NCBI RefSeq assembly: GCF_003945235.1 | Contig: NZ_RSDW01000001.1 | Coordinates: forward strand, 2,340,001-2,372,000 | Source: Edaphobacter aggregans | Lineage (GTDB): Bacteria > Acidobacteriota > Terriglobia > Terriglobales > Acidobacteriaceae | Direction: 5' to 3' | DNA: 32,000 nt | Shown here: piece after piece, positions 1-7,026 of the stretch | How the letters are laid out: every line of letters starts with the position of its first letter | Numbering within the stretch: the first letter of the stretch is position 1 | Notes under the pieces: model-generated | The model's database searches: none | What the model saw: the letters and a program-made list of their open reading frames with translations, nothing else | Told to the model about the DNA's origin: nothing | Program-made: the position numbers and the translations under genes

Positions 1-59
1 GCCTCCACAAAATCCATCGTGTTGCCTCATTCTAACCAGCCGCGCCAGGCCGAAACCCC

Positions 60-569
60 CTACTCCTTGTCATACACAGTTTTCGTATCGAACTCCCCCG
101 CACTCATCGACACATGCGTCGCCTTCCGCAACACCTTTCTATCCCCCGAGAGCGAGTAGCTGGCCTTCAGCGTCCCCTCCTCCCCCTGAAAACTCACCTT
201 CTCCGTAACCACCAGCACCGGCCCCTGCCACTCCCCCTTCACACTCAGCACCCGAAACGGCGCATCGTCGGCAAACGACCCCTTCGCCAGCGGCATCTCC
301 GCTCCACCCACTTGAAACCGCAGCGTGTAATGCTGCTTCCCCTGCTCCCGCTCCAGCGTAATCTCAATCGCGAACTCATCGCCCGCCTGCTTCACCACCT
401 CGCTCTGCCGAATCGGCGGAGGCGCCTCTCCAAAATCGCTCTGCGCTACATTCAGCTTCCACGTCCCATTCATGTCAGGCTTCGACGCGGCACGCACCCC
501 ACCGCCCTGCGCAAACCCCGTCATCGCCACGCCAACCAGCAGCAAGGCAAGGCAGGAGATCTTTCTCAT
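60..569 (-). CDS. Small secreted protein of unknown function (Sec signal peptide)
   Basis: ORF 60..575. N-terminus M(SM)RKISCLALLLVGVAMTGFAQ looks like a signal peptide. On the minus strand GGAGG lies 6 nt before the second ATG (569), so 569 is preferred over 575. No family recognised. Confidence 0.6.
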   Translation of the reverse strand: MRKISCLALLLVGVAMTGFAQGGGVRAASKPDMNGTWKLNVAQSDFGEAPPPIRQSEVVKQAGDEFAIEITLEREQGKQHYTLRFQVGGAEMPLAKGSFADDAPFRVLSVKGEWQGPVLVVTEKVSFQGEEGTLKASYSLSGDRKVLRKATHVSMSAGEFDTKTVYDKE

Positions 570-602
570 GGACATCCTCCGTAATTAGGTTATACTTGAC
601 AC

Positions 603-616
603 TGTCATGAATGACA
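603..616. promoter_or_regulatory. Inverted repeat TGTCAT-GA-ATGACA overlapping the padR start codon; candidate PadR auto-operator
   Basis: Perfect 6+6 palindrome read directly. TGGACA (569-574), 16 nt, TATACT (591-596) just upstream would give a nearly leaderless padR mRNA. The function is an inference. Confidence 0.3.
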
Positions 617-1107
617 TAATAGTCTTAAGCCTGCTACTCGAGGGCCCCAAACACGGATACCGCCTCAAACAGGACGCCGCCATGTTCGCAGAGCAGCAGC
701 AACTCCACAACAACACCATCTACCCCCTTCTTAAACGCTTCCTCAAAAGCGGCTGGATCACCCAGCAGGAAGCCAACGGTGAACGCGGCCAGACTCGCCT
801 CCTCTACGCCCTCACCCCCACCGGCAAAAAAATCCTCGTCGACAAGGTCGCCGATTTCTCCGACGCCGACGTAATCAATCCGCATGCCTTTCGCCTCCGC
901 GTCGGTCTCTTCGGCCTGCTCGACAGCCCAACCCGTGAGCGCATCCTCCGCCTCCGCGACGACCATCTCGCCGCCCGCCTCGACCGCATCCACCAGATCG
1001 CCAAGGCCCACATCATCGAAGGCTGGTCCGCCACTACGATGGACCACGTCCTCAAAGAAATTCAACTCGAACGTAAGTGGATCTCCCAACTCATGACCCA
1101 AATCTAA
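607..1107 (+). CDS. PadR-family transcriptional regulator
   Basis: N-terminal winged-helix signature LSLLLEGPKHGYRL...IYPLLKRFLKSGWI...RLLYALTPTGKK typical of PadR, with a helical C-terminal extension. Confidence 0.85.
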   Translation: MNDIIVLSLLLEGPKHGYRLKQDAAMFAEQQQLHNNTIYPLLKRFLKSGWITQQEANGERGQTRLLYALTPTGKKILVDKVADFSDADVINPHAFRLRVGLFGLLDSPTRERILRLRDDHLAARLDRIHQIAKAHIIEGWSATTMDHVLKEIQLERKWISQLMTQI

Positions 1108-1136
1108 ACCGCCTCCCAGACAAGGAGAAACCCAAC

Positions 1137-1706
1137 ATGCCATCCGTCACCCTGTGGAATGAAACCAACTCCCTCTGGCTCCTCTTCGCCGTCTACTTCG
1201 TCGCCAGCATGCGTCGCATCCAGGTAAAGCGTTCGGTCCCGCTGCCTTCGTTTGAGCGCGTCTGCCTCCTGCTGACCACGGCCCTCCTCTTCTTCCCTCG
1301 CACTCATATCTCTTTCCTGGCAAATCGCTTTCATTCCAGCCGGGCCATCGGCATCTTCGGCCTCGTTCTCACGATCCTTGGCCTTGCCTTCGCCGCCTGG
1401 GCCCGTGACGTCCTGGGCCGCAACTGGAGCGGTCGCGTCGTCATCCAGGTCGACCACCAACTCATCACCGTTGGCCCCTACGCCTACGTCCGGCACCCGC
1501 TCTACACCGGCCTCATCACCGCTCTCGCCGGCACGGCACTCATCTCCGGCGACGTCGGCTCCCTCCTTGGCTTTCTCATCGCCATCAACATCTTCCGCCT
1601 CAAGGCGCACCGCGAAGAACAGCTTCTCGAGACCGAGTTCGGCGCCACCTACTCAACCTATCGCGCCCACACCGGAGGCATCCTTCCCCGCATCGCCCAC
1701 GTCTAG
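1137..1706 (+). CDS. Isoprenylcysteine carboxyl methyltransferase (ICMT)/phospholipid methyltransferase-family membrane protein
   Basis: Several hydrophobic helices and the family motif GPYAYVRHPLYTG. AAGGAG lies ~9 nt upstream of ATG 1137. The track ORF starting at 1077 overlaps the padR 3' end and is less likely. Confidence 0.8.
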   Translation: MPSVTLWNETNSLWLLFAVYFVASMRRIQVKRSVPLPSFERVCLLLTTALLFFPRTHISFLANRFHSSRAIGIFGLVLTILGLAFAAWARDVLGRNWSGRVVIQVDHQLITVGPYAYVRHPLYTGLITALAGTALISGDVGSLLGFLIAINIFRLKAHREEQLLETEFGATYSTYRAHTGGILPRIAHV

Positions 1707-1812
1707 CAGCGCTCGCTCAAAGTCACGCCCCGCCTCGCCTGCTTCACCACCTCGCTCTGCCGAATCGGTGGCGGAGCCTCCCCAAAGTCGCTCTGCGCTA
1801 CATTCAGCTTCC
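1703..1812 (-). pseudogene. Truncated paralog fragment of the 60..569 secreted-protein gene
   Basis: Bases 1736-1812 repeat 384-460 with only a few mismatches. The minus-strand reading gives KLNVAQSDFGEAPPPIRQSEVVKQA, identical to the intact gene. It then diverges (RRGVTLSERC-stop) and has no start codon upstream. Confidence 0.6.
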
Positions 1813-1962
1813 GGACTCTGCGGATTGTCTTAAGTGAGCTTCATGAAGCTATCAGACTTTATGGACCTTCGTTGCGGTAGGGTGGAAGACTTCCTAGTGA
1901 CGTAGGCGTGATGCTACATCCCTCAACACTTCTGGAGTGACCAAATCTCAGATAAGTGTTGT

Positions 1963-3693
1963 CTACGAACCAGTCTGCACACGCCGCAGCTCTTCTGACA
2001 GCAGAATCGCATCCGCAATCTCCCGCATCGATTTGCGACGTTGGCGACTTTCTTTATGCATCATCTGGTAGGCATCGTCTTCGCTCAGGGAGAGATCCCT
2101 TTGCAAAATGCTCTTAGCTCTATCCACTGCCTTCCGCGTTTCCAGTCTGTTCGATAACTGTGAATTCTCCGTCTCCAACCGCGCCCGCTCGATCTCTGCG
2201 CCTACCAGATAGCCAAGCGTCGAAAGCAATCGGACCTCATGCGTCGTGTGTTTGTAAGACAACCTGTGCTGCAGGTTGATAACACCCACCACTCTTCCCG
2301 CACACGTAATTGGAGTACACAACATCGCCTCGAAGTGGTCTTCAGGAATGTTCTTGAACGCCTTGAACCGCGGATCGTTGGAAGCACCCGAAGCGATCGC
2401 CACCGGCTGCCTGTATTTTGCGACCCATCCTGTTACTCCCTGCCCGATCTGAATGCCCACCTGATCGACAAGATCAGCGTGGGGATTTTTCGAAGCGCGC
2501 ATCACCAGGTTCTCGCCCTCAAGCACATAGACAAAACAAGAATCGCAGGGAATGACGCTCGAGATGAAGCCAACAATCCGGTCAAGCACCAGGTGAAGCG
2601 AATCAGCCGCGGCAATCCGGCTGCTGATCTCGTGCAGAAAATCAATCTGCATCAACCCATCGCGGAATCCGGCCATAGTAGGAGTGGAAGCCGCCACGCG
2701 CCTTACGGGCTTCTGTGTGTCTATTTCATCGACATCTGACACATCAGCATCCGGCTCTACGCTCTCAGAAAACACCGCTTCAATCTTGCGATTCCGTTTC
2801 TCCTCCAGCAGCCGGCCCGCATACTGCGCGGCCTCATTAACCAGAAATCCCATCTTCGGACGAGAGGGTTCAAAGTCCGGTTGAATTCCGTAATGCGCCA
2901 GCTCCTCTGACGTAGTAGGCCCAATGGACAGCACGACCACCGATTGCAATGCCCCCCGCAACTGCTCCGCGACACCCATCTGCTCGGCCACCTGGAACAT
3001 ATGAATCACCTGCACGGCCGTCATAAACAGCACCACGTCGATCACGCCGTTCAGCAGGCCCAGCACACTCTCGCGCAGTGGCTGCAGGTCTTCTGGCAGC
3101 GCCCACTGATACACCGGCACCTTTGAGAGCCTGCGGCTGCGACTGCTCAACTCAGCAAGAAACTCTGGGTTCGAAGCTCCATATTCCTGAACCGCAATGC
3201 TCATCGTGGAGACTGAATCGCCATAGGTCTCGTCGATAGCCCGCAGCAGTTCTCGCCACGTGCTGGGCTCCTCGGAGACGACATCCAGGGGAACCTTCAA
3301 CTCTCGCAGCGCGGTTGCGGGCTTCGCTCCTCGTGCCGCGATCTTGACCTTGCGCAGAGCGTCAAGAAACTCTTCTCCATCAAAGCGCGTCTGCACGATG
3401 TTGAGCATGGTTCGAACACCCACACCCGTCATAAAGACCACAAGATCGAACTCTCCCCGCAGCAGCCCCTCGGCAAACTCCAATGCCTCCGCGTTCGACT
3501 CGAGACTAACCTCACGCATGGCGGGCACGACAATCGCTTCGCCGCCGTAAGTGCGAATGAGTTTTTCAACCTCTTTCGCGCGGCGGGACTCGAGTGAAAG
3601 GACACGGAGTCCTTTGAAGCTTGCGTGCGCCACAGGTCCTCCAATCGGGTGTCGGGTGTCTCCTACCGTGCCTTCAGGGGCAGCGTTCATCAA
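1963..3693 (-). CDS. HemD-like (uroporphyrinogen-III synthase fold) / GAF / ANTAR RNA-binding antiterminator-type regulator
   Basis: N-terminal ~270 aa resembles HemD (LRVLSLESRRAKE...VVFMTGVGV...VLFMTAVQV...SIGPTTSEEL). The central GAF domain has (VTGWVAKYRQPVAI...GVINLQHR). The C-terminus has a coiled coil plus ANTAR (RKAVDRAKSILQRDLSLSEDDAYQMMHKESRQRRKSMREIADAIL). Confidence 0.8.
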   Translation of the reverse strand: MMNAAPEGTVGDTRHPIGGPVAHASFKGLRVLSLESRRAKEVEKLIRTYGGEAIVVPAMREVSLESNAEALEFAEGLLRGEFDLVVFMTGVGVRTMLNIVQTRFDGEEFLDALRKVKIAARGAKPATALRELKVPLDVVSEEPSTWRELLRAIDETYGDSVSTMSIAVQEYGASNPEFLAELSSRSRRLSKVPVYQWALPEDLQPLRESVLGLLNGVIDVVLFMTAVQVIHMFQVAEQMGVAEQLRGALQSVVVLSIGPTTSEELAHYGIQPDFEPSRPKMGFLVNEAAQYAGRLLEEKRNRKIEAVFSESVEPDADVSDVDEIDTQKPVRRVAASTPTMAGFRDGLMQIDFLHEISSRIAAADSLHLVLDRIVGFISSVIPCDSCFVYVLEGENLVMRASKNPHADLVDQVGIQIGQGVTGWVAKYRQPVAIASGASNDPRFKAFKNIPEDHFEAMLCTPITCAGRVVGVINLQHRLSYKHTTHEVRLLSTLGYLVGAEIERARLETENSQLSNRLETRKAVDRAKSILQRDLSLSEDDAYQMMHKESRQRRKSMREIADAILLSEELRRVQTGS

Positions 3694-3797
3694 ACTATGA
3701 AATCGTAAGCAGGAGGAGATTTCTTAGATTCTAGCCGTGGTACGTCGATGAAGCAAAGAATAAACTTTGCGCCAGCTCCGCGCCGTCTCTTCCCCAT

Positions 3798-4634
3798 TCA
3801 GAATGTGAGGCGTCCAGTGATCACAAGGCCGTGGTTATAGCTGTGAAAGCTGGAGGTAGCGATCTGCATGCCGGTTCCCAGTACCAGTCCCAGCCTGTCC
3901 CTGGGGTCACGCCGGAGCTTGATCTTACTCATCATGATTCCCGGTGTCAGAAAGGTCTGGTTCTTTCCGTTGTTCGCGCCGCCATGATAGTAGCTCGAAT
4001 TCACCTCGAGCTCTGGCCACAGATAGTTTCCAACTTTGTACTGCGCAACGGTGTTCCACGAGATTGTTCTGCCAATCGTCGTCACCGAACCCGTCGGTAG
4101 AATTCCACCGATCGCCGATTGCACATCAAAGCGGCCGAAGCCCTTTCCTCCCACCACGGTCGGCGTAATCGTCGAGACGGCCGTCCCATTCTTGTAGCTT
4201 CCCGTCGGCACACTAAATGCCACCTGCACCGCTGTCGAATAGTTGCCATTTTCTTTATTACCAGCGAACGGCCGGTACTTGCCGACAACAGAAAAGTCTC
4301 CCGCGCCATCCTGCACCTTCGGCGTGTTGTGTTCGATATAAGCCGGAAAGTTGATGTCGACCTCGGTTGCGGCGAACGGAATCAGGTTGACTCCCTTTCC
4401 GTTGCCATAGTTCCACGTCTCTGTGTGCGTCGATGTGTACTGCCGCACAAAATCGAAGCGCGCCAACTGCACGATGACGGAGGACGGAGCCACCACAGGC
4501 ACGACCCACCCCGGCTGTGCTGCAGACGTAGCTCTCACGCGGTCCTGCCAGGAATGAAAGAAACTCGTCTGAGCAAAGACCGTGGAACAGGCGAGCGAAA
4601 AAAATAAAGCAACCGAAGTCTTAACCCTCGTCAT
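3798..4634 (-). CDS. Outer-membrane beta-barrel channel (MetA-pathway/phenol-degradation-like OMP family guess)
   Basis: Signal peptide MTRVKTSVALFFSLACSTVFAQ, alternating beta-strand pattern, and a C-terminal aromatic residue (..ITGRLTF). AGGAGG lies 4 nt upstream of ATG 4634, which is preferred over the track start 4691. Confidence 0.65.
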   Translation of the reverse strand: MTRVKTSVALFFSLACSTVFAQTSFFHSWQDRVRATSAAQPGWVVPVVAPSSVIVQLARFDFVRQYTSTHTETWNYGNGKGVNLIPFAATEVDINFPAYIEHNTPKVQDGAGDFSVVGKYRPFAGNKENGNYSTAVQVAFSVPTGSYKNGTAVSTITPTVVGGKGFGRFDVQSAIGGILPTGSVTTIGRTISWNTVAQYKVGNYLWPELEVNSSYYHGGANNGKNQTFLTPGIMMSKIKLRRDPRDRLGLVLGTGMQIATSSFHSYNHGLVITGRLTF

Positions 4635-4974
4635 ATGTCCTCCTGAAAAATTTTTCGTTAGACCCTTCGAATACATGCGATCGGGAGTCATCGCGTGAGA
4701 CCTGCGGCTTTGCGAGCAGCATGGTTTCGCAGAGAATCAGCTAGACTGCAGGCACTTGCAGCGCAGTCATTCGAGGGATGTTGGATAGGGGCAGCGGTAC
4801 GTTCACCCACCTGGGTAATTCCATACCGGTGCGCGTCCATGACACGTCAAGGTGTCAAATTTGTGGAGAGAAGTTATCGTATCGTGCCACGGCTTTCCAA
4901 TTCCGGCAAGCCCGTTTTTGCAGCACGCAAGATTTTCACTTGCGAGACGTCTCATTTCGCGCTACGATCCAACC

Positions 4975-4992
4975 ACGTCCACCGCAGGACGT
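4975..4992 (+). promoter_or_regulatory. Hairpin ACGTCC-ACCGCA-GGACGT in the nas leader (hexaloop with A at position 1 and G at position 4, ANTAR-substrate-like)
   Basis: Read directly, and followed by ACTTTTCA. Only one such hairpin was found, whereas the published ANTAR substrate has two, so this is tentative. Confidence 0.2.
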
Positions 4993-5227
4993 ACTTTTCA
5001 AGCAGCCACGCACCACCCTGATGTGCGACGGCTCGCAAATCTCCAAATATCACAAGCTCCTTGATGAGCACTGATACGCCCTGATCGTGATTCGCAGCAT
5101 CATGTGCTGCGAGGCTTTCTGGCTTACACGTCTCTAATCGGCCCTCGCCTCACTGGCTTTGGCTTCAGCGACAGATCAGTTCCGGTACGCACACCACACC
5201 GGTTGCAGTCTCTCAAGGGGTTTCGAA

Positions 5228-7024
5228 ATGAACACCAGCACCACCATCAATCCGGCCGAGTTCACCCACGAACAGAAGCAGTACCTTCAAGGCTTCTTCG
5301 CCGGCATCGTTCAGCGCGGCATCGCCCCCTTTGTCGGTCACGCTGCAAACGGGCTCATCACCAACGACCCCGCATCCCGCCTCCCGAATCACGCCGCAGC
5401 CGACACCGAACCAACCTGGCACGACACCCCCATCTCCGATCTCTCAAGAGAAGAACGTTGGAAGTACGAGCAGGATCCCTTCGCCATCTGGGACAAGATC
5501 CTTCAGTACAGCAACCAGAACCAGCCGCCCACCGACGACGACCGTTTCCGCTTCAAGTACTTCGGCCTCTTCCACGTCGCCCCCGCGCAGGACTCCTTCA
5601 TGCTCCGCCTTCGCGTCCCCGGCGGCATTCTCGCGTCGCATCAACTACGCGGCCTTGCGCAACTCGCCGAAGACCACGGCTGTGGCCGCGCTGATCTCAC
5701 GACGCGCAGTAATCTTCAGCTTCGCGAGTTCCAACCCCGCGATATCGTCCGCGTCCTCCATCGCATCCAGGCCCTCGGCCTCACCTCCCGCGGCTCCGGC
5801 GCCGACAACATCCGTAACATCACCGCCTCGCCAATCACCGGCCTCGACCCAAACGAACTCCTCGACGTAGCCCCTCTCGCCGAAGCCATGCAGGCCTACA
5901 TCACCAACTCGCGCGACATGTTCGACCTTCCGCGCAAATTCAACATCGCCTTCGACAACGGCGGCGCCATCTCCACCGTCGCCGACACCAACGACATCGG
6001 CTTCATTGCCGTCCGCATCAACGAAGGGCACACGATCCCCGCAGGCATTTACTTCCGCGTCCTTCTCTGCGGTATCACGGGTCACCGCCAGTTCGCCACA
6101 GACTGCGGCCTCCTCCTGCGGCCCGACGAGACCGTCGCCGTCGCCGCCGCAATGATCCGCGTCTTCATCCAGCACGGCGACCGCACCGACCGCAAAAAAG
6201 CTCGCCTCAAATACCTCATCGACCGCTGGGGCTCTAACGGCTCAGGCATGGCTCGCTTCCTCGAAGAAACCGAAAAACTCCTCGCCTTCCCGCTCATCCG
6301 CGTCCCGGCCTCCGAGTGCGAACCACGCGGCCCCATCAACCGTTCCGCGCATCTCGGCATTCATCCGCAAGCACAACCGGGCCTCCACTACATCGGCATC
6401 GCTATCCCGGTAGGCCATCTCCCCGCGGCGCAGATGCGTTCTCTCGCCAACATAGCCGATCAGTTCGGCACAGGCGAACTCCGCCTCACCGTCTGGCAAA
6501 ACCTAATCATCCCCAACATCCCCACCGAACACCTCGAAGCCGCCACGCAAGCCATCCAGAACGCCGGCCTCGATTACAAAGCCAGCACAGTCCTCGCCGG
6601 AACCGTTGCCTGCACGGGCAACAAAGGCTGCCGCTTCGCCGCTACCGACACCAAATCCCACGCAGTCGCACTCGCCCGCCATCTTGACGCGCGCTTCCCC
6701 ATCCTCGACCAGCCCATCAACCTTCACGTCACCGGCTGCCACCACTCCTGTGCGCAGCACTACATCGGCGACCTCGGCCTCATGGGCGTCAAAGTCTCGG
6801 GCGAAGAAGGCTACCAGGTCCTCATCGGCGGCGGTGTCGACAACGACCAGGGCCTGGCTCGCGAACTCATCTCCTCAATCCGCTTCACCGATCTCGCCCC
6901 CAAGCTCGAAAGCCTCTTCACCGCCTACACGTTACAACGTCAGGATGACGAAACCTTCCTCCACTTCACGCGCCGTCACGACATCGCCACCCTTCAGTCG
7001 TTCTGCGAAAAGGAGAAGGCCTAA
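5228..7024 (+). CDS. nirA: Siroheme/4Fe-4S nitrite (or sulfite) reductase hemoprotein, NirA/CysI family
   Basis: Two nitrite/sulfite reductase repeats. Cluster ligands are C-x5-C (CTGNKGC) and C-x3-C (CHHSC), and FMLRLRVPGGIL is present. ATG 5228 is preceded by AAGGGG. The nitrate-assimilation context favours nitrite. Confidence 0.8.
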   Translation: MNTSTTINPAEFTHEQKQYLQGFFAGIVQRGIAPFVGHAANGLITNDPASRLPNHAAADTEPTWHDTPISDLSREERWKYEQDPFAIWDKILQYSNQNQPPTDDDRFRFKYFGLFHVAPAQDSFMLRLRVPGGILASHQLRGLAQLAEDHGCGRADLTTRSNLQLREFQPRDIVRVLHRIQALGLTSRGSGADNIRNITASPITGLDPNELLDVAPLAEAMQAYITNSRDMFDLPRKFNIAFDNGGAISTVADTNDIGFIAVRINEGHTIPAGIYFRVLLCGITGHRQFATDCGLLLRPDETVAVAAAMIRVFIQHGDRTDRKKARLKYLIDRWGSNGSGMARFLEETEKLLAFPLIRVPASECEPRGPINRSAHLGIHPQAQPGLHYIGIAIPVGHLPAAQMRSLANIADQFGTGELRLTVWQNLIIPNIPTEHLEAATQAIQNAGLDYKASTVLAGTVACTGNKGCRFAATDTKSHAVALARHLDARFPILDQPINLHVTGCHHSCAQHYIGDLGLMGVKVSGEEGYQVLIGGGVDNDQGLARELISSIRFTDLAPKLESLFTAYTLQRQDDETFLHFTRRHDIATLQSFCEKEKA

Positions 7025-7026
7025 TC

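Noticed and set aside
1837-1850. 14-bp perfect palindrome AGCTTCATGAAGCT between the ICMT and regulator genes as a terminator
   Set aside because: As a hairpin it would have only a 5-bp A/T-containing stem and no U-tract. It may be a protein-binding site, but there is no supporting evidence.
4926-4992. Canonical dual-hexaloop ANTAR substrate
   Set aside because: Only the 4975-4992 hairpin has a hexaloop with A1/G4. The neighbouring 4926-4944 hairpin has a 7-nt loop, and no overlapping terminator is clear. It is reported as tentative rather than as a called riboregulator.
4695-5074. Three overlapping ORFs (4695..5021, 4778..5074, 4852..5064) in the nas leader
   Set aside because: They have no RBS, atypical composition and mutual overlap. 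The region is better explained as promoter and leader RNA.
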